64,000 nt of DNA, taken from positions 32,001 through 96,000 of the forward strand of contig JAVJWO010000178.1 in NCBI GenBank assembly GCA_040222015.1, in the 5' to 3' direction. Positions within the stretch are counted from its first letter, which is position 1. Each line of letters starts with the position of its first letter. A program made the position numbers and the translations under genes. The notes below the pieces were generated by a model, which was not told the DNA's origin, did not search any database, and was given only the letters and a program-made list of their open reading frames with translations. Of this stretch, positions 21,072-29,797 are shown piece by piece. The stretch is from Coleofasciculus chthonoplastes F2-STO-03 (GTDB lineage Bacteria; Cyanobacteriota; Cyanobacteriia; Cyanobacteriales; Coleofasciculaceae).

Positions 21072-22100
21072 ATGATCAGGAAAATTTTTGATAATTTATT
21101 AAATTGGGTAAACAACTTACTGAAAACCCTATTCGGAGTCTTTAACCCTGACACAGCTTTCTCTTGGCAGACCCTAATCGGGCTAAGTGTTTTCTCGTGG
21201 GCAATGTCATTTCTGGCAACGAGTATTTTTACAATTCTATTAGCGAGTTTTAGTTGGTGGTTTCTAATTTTAGGTGTCTATTGGGCAACAACTAGCAATA
21301 AAAGCTTAAGCATTGGTAAAGTACTCTTAAGTCCCTGGATTACGGGAGCGCTGATTACCATTTATATTTTTGGCATTATTACAGGCGAATTATCAGCCTA
21401 TGCTTTAGTCGTCTGGCCCCTAATATCAGCAGTGATTGCAGCATTACCCACTTGTTTAGGTGAGAATTTTCAACCCAAAATTCCCGATAGAGACAAACGT
21501 CAACCGCTGGTGTGGCTATTCACGACTCAGTTGATACTAAGTAGTTGGTTTCAATTCTATTTTTTGCTACAAAACTGGTTAGTTCAATATCCCACAATCG
21601 CCGCTGATACGTTTGAGAAAAGTGCCTTTGTTGTCAGACTATCAACCGAGGAATCGAGGCAAAGGCTACCCCGTGGGACGACTATTTTGGATTTGATAGC
21701 ATCTCGCTTAGAAGAACAGCTCAATAACCAAGAGTGGTCAGATGTCGAACAAATTCTTCTAATTCGAGAACGCGAAAAACTGGATCAGCTAATTAAGCAG
21801 ATTGACGCCCAAGTGAGGCAAGAAATTGACTCACCCGATATCAAAGAAGACAATTTGTGGCAAGTGAGTCTTGGAGAGATTTCACTGCGGGAGTCGGGGT
21901 ATAACTTACAATTAAACACCCTTTGGCAAGGTCCGCGATCGCAAATTCAACCAAACTTACTCACCAAGTCTTGTCAGATAATATCCGTCAATCGCCAAAC
22001 TGACATCGGTATTAGTCTTGTCAGTCAGATAGAATGTGATCCGGTAGAAGGATGGCGCGTCGCTGAACCGATTGTTACCTCTCAATCACCAACTCTATAA
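21072..22100 (+). CDS. fraD: Septal junction protein FraD
   Basis: 342 aa; FSWQTLI.LS.FSW, SPWITGAL, SSWFQFYF; TM N-half, soluble C-half with two Cys. Confidence 0.85.
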   Translation: MIRKIFDNLLNWVNNLLKTLFGVFNPDTAFSWQTLIGLSVFSWAMSFLATSIFTILLASFSWWFLILGVYWATTSNKSLSIGKVLLSPWITGALITIYIFGIITGELSAYALVVWPLISAVIAALPTCLGENFQPKIPDRDKRQPLVWLFTTQLILSSWFQFYFLLQNWLVQYPTIAADTFEKSAFVVRLSTEESRQRLPRGTTILDLIASRLEEQLNNQEWSDVEQILLIREREKLDQLIKQIDAQVRQEIDSPDIKEDNLWQVSLGEISLRESGYNLQLNTLWQGPRSQIQPNLLTKSCQIISVNRQTDIGISLVSQIECDPVEGWRVAEPIVTSQSPTL

Positions 22101-22149
22101 ATTATCGATGCAACCAATGAGTTGACATAAGACAAAGGACATCAGACAA

Positions 22150-22932
22150 ATGGCAACAAAAACTGTAGGTAGAATTTGGACAATTGCGACAAATGGGTTT
22201 CAGGAAGTCATTCGCGATCGCATCTTTTATGTGATTGGCTTTTTTGCCCTGCTGTTGGTCGTTGCGTTACCACTATTGAGGGAAGTAGCCGCCACCACAG
22301 AAGATAAAATATTTATGGATTTAGGTTTAGCCGCGATTGGGGTTTTGGGAGTCTTGGTTGCCATATTTGTTGGCACAGGTTTGATTAATAAGGAAATCGA
22401 AAAACGCACCGTGTTGGTTTTAATTCCCAAACCTATCTCACGAGCAGAATTAATTATTGGCAAGCATTTAGGGTTACTGGGAGTATTAGCGGTTTTGGTT
22501 ATCGCCATGACAGCTATTTACTTAGCTCTCCTCAGTTTCAATGGCATTAATTACCCCTTAGCTAGCCTACTGATTTCAGAGCTTTATCAGTTTTTAGAGT
22601 TAAGCCTAATTGTCGCCGTAGCGCTAATGTTTGGTGTGTTTACCAGCTCAATCCTAGCCACACTCCTAACCGTTGGCATTTACTTAATGGGACATTTGAG
22701 TCGCGATGTGCAGGAGTTAGGCAAACTCAGCGAAAATGCGACGATTGAGACGATAACCCAAGGTCTTTACCTAATCTTACCCGATTTATCCCGTCTAAAT
22801 TTGAAAAATGAGGCAGTCTATGGCTTGCTTCCTTCCTCTGTACAGCTTTTAGAACATGCCACTTATGCCATACTCTACACGATCTTGCTGCTTGCGATCG
22901 CGATTCTGATTTTCTCTCGACGTGAGTTTTAA
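22150..22932 (+). CDS. fraE: ABC-2-type permease FraE
   Basis: FQEVIRDR, GTGLINKEIEKRT, KPISR, LPDLSRLNLKN, FSRREF; follows fraD. Confidence 0.82.
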   Translation: MATKTVGRIWTIATNGFQEVIRDRIFYVIGFFALLLVVALPLLREVAATTEDKIFMDLGLAAIGVLGVLVAIFVGTGLINKEIEKRTVLVLIPKPISRAELIIGKHLGLLGVLAVLVIAMTAIYLALLSFNGINYPLASLLISELYQFLELSLIVAVALMFGVFTSSILATLLTVGIYLMGHLSRDVQELGKLSENATIETITQGLYLILPDLSRLNLKNEAVYGLLPSSVQLLEHATYAILYTILLLAIAILIFSRREF

Positions 22933-22976
22933 TTGGGGATTGAGTGTCCCTTCACTTCGCTCAATACAACCGACTT

Positions 22977-23108
22977 TGTAGGGGCGGGTTTAGGAACTCT
23001 CTTGTCGCGATTGATAGTAACTTTAGTACAAAACCCGGTCTGTAGGGGCGGGTTTAGGAACTTTCTGTTGGCTATTGATGGTAACGTTTGTACAAAACCC
23101 GCCCTGAC
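22977..23108. repeat. Two tandem REP-like elements
   Basis: TGTAGGGGCGGGTTTAGGAACT...TACAAAACCCG occurs twice. Confidence 0.7.
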
Positions 23109-23186
23109 TAAGTGTTGAGTTAACTACCCCATCTCCCTCATCTCCCCCATCTCCCCCATCTTCCTCAACTCCCCCTGTTCCCTAGT

Positions 23187-23864
23187 TCATGTATTGACAA
23201 AAATAAAATCCCGCACAATTTCCACCACTTCAGGTGCAATCTCATGCCCCATATCCACCTCTTTGTACTGCATCGGGGCACCTAGCGCTAGTAAATAATC
23301 CCGCAATCGATGAGCCACTCTCAAAGGCACAACATTATCTTGTCTACCATGAACGATTAAAACAGGGGGCAAGGGAGGTTCAATCTCTTGAGGCGTGCGA
23401 TGCCAATAACCACTCATTGACACTAAACCCGCCAAGGGTAAATGTAACCCAACATCTAGAGCCATGGCTCCCCCTTGAGAAAAGCCCATTATAATCGTAG
23501 AGCCAAGAGGAATACCGGTGAGACTTTCCAAAGACTTTAGCCAGTCTGTCAATAGACGCTGACTTTGTGCCAATCCTTGATAATCTTCTCGTTCCAAGTC
23601 ATACCACATATAGCCTCCAGCCACCTGTGGGTGAGCAAAGGGTGCATTAGGTAGCAAGACATGGTAGTTAGATAGAGCCAATTCTGGCACTAGAGGTTGC
23701 AAATCTTTAGCATTAGCTCCCCAGCCATGCAAAACCACAACCAGTCCCACTGGTTGTTTAACTGTAGCTGGTGGAATTGAAATCGTCTCCAAAGACAGGG
23801 GCTTACTCCTGAAAAATTTAACGTGTGATTTGACTGGGGTTACACATACTTTGGCAATTCCCAA
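23187..23864 (-). CDS. Alpha/beta hydrolase (phospholipase/carboxylesterase)
   Basis: LHGWGAN, GFSQGG nucleophile elbow, HGRQD, MGHEI; real start probably near 23798. Confidence 0.92.
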   Translation of the reverse strand: MGIAKVCVTPVKSHVKFFRSKPLSLETISIPPATVKQPVGLVVVLHGWGANAKDLQPLVPELALSNYHVLLPNAPFAHPQVAGGYMWYDLEREDYQGLAQSQRLLTDWLKSLESLTGIPLGSTIIMGFSQGGAMALDVGLHLPLAGLVSMSGYWHRTPQEIEPPLPPVLIVHGRQDNVVPLRVAHRLRDYLLALGAPMQYKEVDMGHEIAPEVVEIVRDFIFVNT

Positions 23865-24233
23865 TCCCCATCGATAGCTTAACTATTGTTTGTATTATAC
23901 CTGTGAGGATGAATACCATGAAAACAAGTTTTCTCATAAGACGCGATTCATTCGCCACTATCGCTTCCTTGTCAGTAGAGATAGTCTCGCCGGATCGGGA
24001 TAAACGATCGCATTAAGTGACTTATTGTTTGTCATGGAATGCCTAAATTTCTCTGACAGTGGCGTTCTCTGGCGTTCAACCCGAGAAGATATAGCAGATA
24101 TTGACAAAAAAATTTATCCTTCGTCCTGGAAAGACGGAGGACAGAATCATGAAGCTCAAAACGGCTGCATCTAAGATCTGGCTTTGGCTAGTCCAGATCC
24201 TGAAGTTCTTGCAGAAGTCGGCGATCTAGTTCC

Positions 24234-24890
24234 TCACCACTCAGCAACATTTTTAAAGCTACCTGGTTTAATAATAATGTGGCGATCGCTGTCAAAGCTA
24301 ATCTTGCCCTGATTTTTTAACTTGTTCAGGAGTCGGGTGACGGTTACACGAGTCGTACCGATCGCATTGGCAAGGTTTTGGTGCGTCAGGCGCATCTTCA
24401 AACGAGTCCCTTCGGGTACAGGTTGACCCATTTCCTGTTGCATCAACCGCAACAAGTGTTTTAAACGATCTTCAACTCGACGCTGACCCGCGATCGCTAG
24501 GAGTGCCTCAGTTTGGCGTATCCGGTGGACGATTTGCGGTAATATCATCTGAGCCAATCGCGGTGAAGCATTGATCTCCTCTATAGAAAACCAAATCAGA
24601 TGTACGTCAGACAATGCCGTCGCTTGGTAAGCACTCAGCAGAGAAAACCAACGACCAAAAAACATTGAAGGCTCTGCCCAACCTAGCCACACTTCTTCCC
24701 CATTTTGGCAAAGCGTACTGAGCTGAACTAAACCTTGGCAAACCTGCCAAACTCCTTGAGAAATTATGGGGATTTTGTCGCCTTTAGCATAAAAATGCAA
24801 TCGACGTGAATCTTGAAGTTCGGCTTGACCAAGAGATTGAGTCGGGTTTACGTCCAAAACGGATCGGGAAGTTGGAATCATGGGCTGCAA
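24234..24890 (-). CDS. Crp/Fnr-family transcriptional regulator
   Basis: GLVQLSTL..NGEEV cupin; RLTHQNLANAIGTTRVTVTRLL HTH. Confidence 0.92.
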   Translation of the reverse strand: MQPMIPTSRSVLDVNPTQSLGQAELQDSRRLHFYAKGDKIPIISQGVWQVCQGLVQLSTLCQNGEEVWLGWAEPSMFFGRWFSLLSAYQATALSDVHLIWFSIEEINASPRLAQMILPQIVHRIRQTEALLAIAGQRRVEDRLKHLLRLMQQEMGQPVPEGTRLKMRLTHQNLANAIGTTRVTVTRLLNKLKNQGKISFDSDRHIIIKPGSFKNVAEW

Positions 24891-25003
24891 CTCTCTCCAG
24901 CCAGATTTTTACAAGCTGGTATAGCAGGGCAGCTCTACTGTAAGCAATCAAGGTAAAGGCTCGGTAAGCAACAGATTAAATCATCTCCATATCTAATGTT
25001 ATG

Positions 25004-25990
25004 TTAGGTGTAAGTCGCGCTCTCTACTGGGTGTATAACAATTAGACGCAACTCCTTGCGGGTTTGGGGATGGAGATATCGTTCCTGGAGCGATCGCCAT
25101 TCCTGCCATAATTGATAACGATCGCCACTCAACTGCTCTACCAGGGTTGGGAGTTTCTTCTTAATGTCTGAGTGCAGACAATCCGACAGAAATTCTGCCA
25201 AAACGAAACTGTCTTGAATCTGTCCCAAAATACGCTGAATCGATTTAATCTCTTTCACATAATCCTGATAAGGCGTCTCATAAAAGTCAGTAAATAATTC
25301 CATCTGATAACGCACTCGTTTAGCTTGTTTCCGCAAACTGTGCAACACTGAACCCTGAACGCTGAACAGTTCAACCACATCCTCTAAACTCAGATCCTGA
25401 GCTAACTGCTTCTGTCCGTCTGAAAAGTGTACCCCCATAAGCCACGCGGGGTGGAGGAAAAACTGACTCACAAACGGTAACAGTAAATCCGGCAAAATCT
25501 GATCAATTGGAAATTCGGCAAAAGTTCCGTAAGTCGGCGTCTGCAACCAATCTTGAAATGCCAGTTTCATTTCCTGATAAAGTTTGTCGTTGAGAGTTTT
25601 CTGAACTTGAACTAAAACCTGGTGACGCCGCTTTTCCAACGTTGCTAATACTTTTTTGCCTATTTTTTGTTCAGAGTTGGGCAAAGTGGGCAGATACTGA
25701 TTTTGCAGCGCATCTTGCATAATGTCCAAATCCCGCAGTTGTCCCAGCCGTCGCGCCACTTTAGCAATCTTTTTCTCACGAGCGGCTTTGGGTAATACCA
25801 GGGCTGGGGCAAAACCGCTCACCACTGTCCGTAGCCGTCGCATCCCTACGCGCATTTGGTGTAGCGCTTCCGGATCTTTATCCTTGAGAACATCAGTTTC
25901 ATACTGAACGGTTCTCTGGAAATGTTTTTCAATAGCTAGATAAGCCCAATAGCCAAAGAGCTTTGGGTCGGATGAGGGAGTGGTTATCAT
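25004..25990 (-). CDS. CHAD-domain protein
   Basis: EALHQMRVGMRRLR, LGQLRDLD, LHSLRKQAKRVRY, LGQIQD. Confidence 0.92.
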   Translation of the reverse strand: MITTPSSDPKLFGYWAYLAIEKHFQRTVQYETDVLKDKDPEALHQMRVGMRRLRTVVSGFAPALVLPKAAREKKIAKVARRLGQLRDLDIMQDALQNQYLPTLPNSEQKIGKKVLATLEKRRHQVLVQVQKTLNDKLYQEMKLAFQDWLQTPTYGTFAEFPIDQILPDLLLPFVSQFFLHPAWLMGVHFSDGQKQLAQDLSLEDVVELFSVQGSVLHSLRKQAKRVRYQMELFTDFYETPYQDYVKEIKSIQRILGQIQDSFVLAEFLSDCLHSDIKKKLPTLVEQLSGDRYQLWQEWRSLQERYLHPQTRKELRLIVIHPVESATYT

Positions 25991-26147
25991 CGGTATGGTG
26001 TGCGGTAGACATCCGGCACGTTTGCCCCTAGGGAATCATACTAGAGGTGAACGTTGCTTTTTTGTAAAACCTGTATTACAGGAGTTTACCATACTTAAGT
26101 GACGCCTCCTTAGTCGGAACTATCATGCCCAATGGTAGAATACACTC

Positions 26148-26288
26148 GTGACATCCTCCTACACCGATCCTACGGGTACGGTGTAGGCTTCCTTTGTGGC
26201 AATTTTACAGATTACGCTTCCGGCTCCTTCACTTCGTTCGAGGACAAGGTTTTATCGGTGGGAACACGCCCAGCCCAACTTTCTTGAA
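26148..26288 (-). mobile_element. Orphan tnpB 3' end / IS200-IS605 right end (omegaRNA-like remnant)
   Basis: Minus strand encodes KKVGLGVFPPIK (TnpB tail-like), then GAAGCCTACACCG...CGGTGTAGG hairpin ending GATGTCAC. Confidence 0.7.
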
Positions 26289-26309
26289 TTTATCTATCCC
26301 GAACAATCG

Positions 26310-26528
26310 CTAAACCGATGTGGATTCAAGGATTTGCAGCAATCCATGTCGTATCCCATAAAAAACTCGTTCAATGAGAATTCGTTCATGTTCCTTTAAG
26401 CTATCTTTATACAGTAAAGCACATTTTAAAAATTGCTGATCGGAGGAGGTGATGCAGCGATTCATTAAAACCTTAGTCACTAAATCTTCGATATGTGTCT
26501 GAGGCAGAGTAACGTTCATTGACTTCAA
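26310..26528 (-). CDS. Small conserved cyanobacterial hypothetical protein
   Basis: IT..DQQ.LK.ALL....L...ER.LI.RVFYG.RHG.L pattern. Confidence 0.7.
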   Translation of the reverse strand: MKSMNVTLPQTHIEDLVTKVLMNRCITSSDQQFLKCALLYKDSLKEHERILIERVFYGIRHGLLQILESTSV

Positions 26529-26585
26529 AAATATTAAATGTTCATTTTTGTTGTCATCATTATGAATGATTTTCTAGATCAATTT

Positions 26586-26670
26586 TGTGATCGTGCTAAA
26601 AGATAGTTTGTGATTTTTCTAAAAAGCAAATCGTGATCTGTGATAAGGTTATGGAGTGACATAGATCACA
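26586..26670. promoter_or_regulatory. Array of CRP-like boxes phased at 23 bp
   Basis: NGTGA at 26586, 26609, 26632 and 26655; the last is AGTGA-N6-TCACA. Confidence 0.6.
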
Positions 26671-26757
26671 AATGGATAAATATAAAATTTACAGACATTC
26701 ACCAGAATTGAGAAAGGTTCCACCGGAATATCTCTCCTCAATTCTGCCTTCAGACTA

Positions 26758-29484
26758 ATGAAAAACACAAAACTGGGATTAATCAGTGTATTTCTCCTCT
26801 CTATCTCTAGCCCACCCGTGCTAGCGCAGACAGAGGCGGCATCCGAAACGGCTGATAATTTAAGAATCAAACCCCGTTTGGGAATTGGACATACGAGTTC
26901 TGGTGGTGGATTTGATGGATTTACCCGCCTAGAGGGATTTGTTCCCCTTTTGCAAACTCCCGGTAAAAATCTGACGTTTCTGGAAGGGCGACTCTTCCTG
27001 GATAACGATGATGCCAATTTGGGGGGTAATCTGCTCCTGGGATATCGTACCTATAGTGCCAATTCCGATCGAATTTGGGGAGGTTATATGAGTTATGATA
27101 ACCGCCATACAGGTCACAATACCTTTAACCAACTGGGGTTAGGCATAGAAAGTTTAGGAACTGTTTGGGATTTTCGGATCAATGGTTATTTACCCATTGG
27201 CGATACGCGCCAAGGAATTGGTGATGCTGGAGTTCGAGATATTTTCTTTCGCCGCAATTTCTTGATTTTAGAACAGGGGCAAAACAAAGAAGCCGCCATG
27301 GGAGGTTGGGATGCAGAAGTTGGCGCAAAACTTGCTCGAATTGCTACAGATGGGGATCTGCGCGGCTATGGGGGATTGTATTGGTATGATGCGGAAGGGA
27401 CTTCAGAGATATGGGGATGGCGAGTGAGATTGGAAGCGCATCCTTCCGATAATTTTAATCTGGGTTTGTCCCTGCAAAATGATGATTTATTTGGCACAAA
27501 TTTAGTGTTTACAGTGGGTGCTACATTTCCCGGAAGTCGTCCCCAAAGGTTAACGGATGAAGATGATCGAGTTTTGGCACGATTCGCTGAATCGGTACAG
27601 CGAACTAATGCGATTGTGATTGATCATCAAGATGATTTTCAAGAAGTGCCAGCCACGAATCCGGAAACTAATGAACCTTATATATTTCAGCATATTGTTT
27701 TGGGCGAAATGGGGGGAGAGGGTACGTTTGAAAATCCGTTTGGTAGGGTTGAGAATGGGTTAGCTCAAACGGTATCTGATGGTAATGATATTGTTTATGT
27801 ACAACCCGGAACCAATCCAGGGATTCCGCCGTTTACAATTCCTGATCAAGTGCAGGTGTTATCCACCGGTCCGATTCAGCAATTGGATACTGTAGAACGA
27901 GGAATAGTGCAGTTACCGCTATCCGGTGCAGGGGTACTCCCGACGATTAATCCAGGCGCAGAAGCTTCGGTAACAATGGGTAATAGAACCACCCTATCTG
28001 GGTTTTATATCCCCGATGCGGGTACGTTTGGAATTGAGGGAAGGGAGATTGATACAGTCACGATTCGGGATAACGCGATCGCGAATTCAACTCAAGCGGG
28101 TATAGTGTTACTGGAGACGACAGGAACTGTCACCGTTACCGATAACAGGATTGATACGACAGGTGGTTTGGGTAATAGCGGATTTTTTATTGGCAATACG
28201 GCGGGTTCGGTTGACCTAAACCTGGTCAGGAATCAGATTGTCAATACGACAGGCGATGGAATGGGTATTGTTCTGTTTAATGCTGAGGACAGTACAGTAA
28301 CGCTTTCTGAAAATATACTTACGGATAATCTCCTTAACGGCATTGGCTTTAGATTAGCTAATGCTGTCAATGTTAATTTCAATATTAATGATAATACAAG
28401 TCAAAACAATGGCAGTGCCGGACTTGTCTCTGAGCTAGTCAACAATTCAAATTCAAGGGTCACAATTATCAACAACGAAATTTCAGACAACCAATTTGAT
28501 GGGATTGCTATGGCACTAGCAGATAATTCTGAGGGAATAGTCACTATGACTAACAATAATCTTAGGGGCAATCAAGAAGATGGGATTGTTATCGGATTAT
28601 TCGCAGATTCCGATGAAATAGTTACGATTGTCGATAATACGCTGTCAGAAAATCAGTTTAGTGGAATTGATGTATTTTGGAGGGATAATTCTCAGGGAAC
28701 AGTTAATGTTACAAACAACACTATTTTGAACAACCAGTTTGATGGGATTATTTTCACGTTCTTGGATGATTCCCGTGGAAGGGTAACGATTGTCGAAAAT
28801 ACCCTGGCTCGAAATCAGAGGCGGGGAATGACTGTACAATCTACGATGACTGCTGAAGGAGAAGTCCTTATCCAAAATAACCTGATTTCTGATAATGAAA
28901 CGCTAGGGATTGCTGGCTTGATGATCGGGGACTCAAGTTTAGGAGTCACGATTGACAATAACGAGATCTTCAATAATGGTTATCATGGTATCGGTGTTAG
29001 CATTCAAGAAGCTGCCACATTGAGACTGGAAATTACTGATAATCGAGTTGACAGAAATGGCTTTCAGGGTGTTGACCTAAATTTCCCCCAACCCGATGGC
29101 ATTTTTATAGATGCACTCAATAATGCAACGCTCCAGTTATTACTGGAAAGAAATACAGTCATGGACAATGCTCGTTTTGGTGCGTTGATATTAGCAGAAG
29201 ATCAGTCTGAACTTTTCGCCGGTGTCCGATTTAATACATTTACAGGAAACCCAGGTACTCTTGATAATGCCAATGGTTTTGTAGTACAAACTGGATCACT
29301 GACGAATCTTGAGCCAGAATCGACTATCTGTTTAGATTTGAGTAATAATACCAGCGAGAATGGTTTCTCTCTAAATTACACCGATCTTGACAGTACATTC
29401 AAAGCCGATACAACGGCAAATAATGGTACAATTTCTATACCACAATTGCCTGTTGAGCCGCTAGGGGATTGTCCAGTTCCGTAG
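26758..29484 (+). CDS. Outer-membrane protein: inverse-autotransporter-like beta-barrel plus right-handed parallel beta-helix repeats
   Basis: Signal peptide; GGNLLLGYR, WGGYMSYD, QLGLGIES, DFRINGYLP barrel motifs; many ..N.I..N...GI repeats; C-terminal ICLDLSNN...CP. Confidence 0.85.
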   Translation: MKNTKLGLISVFLLSISSPPVLAQTEAASETADNLRIKPRLGIGHTSSGGGFDGFTRLEGFVPLLQTPGKNLTFLEGRLFLDNDDANLGGNLLLGYRTYSANSDRIWGGYMSYDNRHTGHNTFNQLGLGIESLGTVWDFRINGYLPIGDTRQGIGDAGVRDIFFRRNFLILEQGQNKEAAMGGWDAEVGAKLARIATDGDLRGYGGLYWYDAEGTSEIWGWRVRLEAHPSDNFNLGLSLQNDDLFGTNLVFTVGATFPGSRPQRLTDEDDRVLARFAESVQRTNAIVIDHQDDFQEVPATNPETNEPYIFQHIVLGEMGGEGTFENPFGRVENGLAQTVSDGNDIVYVQPGTNPGIPPFTIPDQVQVLSTGPIQQLDTVERGIVQLPLSGAGVLPTINPGAEASVTMGNRTTLSGFYIPDAGTFGIEGREIDTVTIRDNAIANSTQAGIVLLETTGTVTVTDNRIDTTGGLGNSGFFIGNTAGSVDLNLVRNQIVNTTGDGMGIVLFNAEDSTVTLSENILTDNLLNGIGFRLANAVNVNFNINDNTSQNNGSAGLVSELVNNSNSRVTIINNEISDNQFDGIAMALADNSEGIVTMTNNNLRGNQEDGIVIGLFADSDEIVTIVDNTLSENQFSGIDVFWRDNSQGTVNVTNNTILNNQFDGIIFTFLDDSRGRVTIVENTLARNQRRGMTVQSTMTAEGEVLIQNNLISDNETLGIAGLMIGDSSLGVTIDNNEIFNNGYHGIGVSIQEAATLRLEITDNRVDRNGFQGVDLNFPQPDGIFIDALNNATLQLLLERNTVMDNARFGALILAEDQSELFAGVRFNTFTGNPGTLDNANGFVVQTGSLTNLEPESTICLDLSNNTSENGFSLNYTDLDSTFKADTTANNGTISIPQLPVEPLGDCPVP

Positions 29485-29797
29485 TGGCGTGGCACACCTC
29501 AATTGATAGATTAGATTCGCTTGTAGGTAGGGAACTTTAGCCCTAGATTCTGCCCTAGTAACAGGCGTCAACCCAACCTACAATCTATTCCACTATTTGA
29601 GCTGGAATGGCACGCTCAGATGAGGTTGGTGGGCAATGCCCACCCTACGGTATATCAAGGGTTTTGCAGATCTCAAATGTAAATTTTTTGTCAGTTCGTA
29701 GTCAGGGCTTTAGCCTTAGATCTTGGCGGGTTTAGCCACATCCCTTGTGAGATAAGAAACGATAGTAGTGAAACCCCCCCCTACAGGTTCCCCAGAT

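Noticed and set aside
24234..24890. ntcA
   Set aside because: The HTH resembles NtcA (TRVTVTRLL) but the N-terminal domain does not look like the highly conserved NtcA sequence
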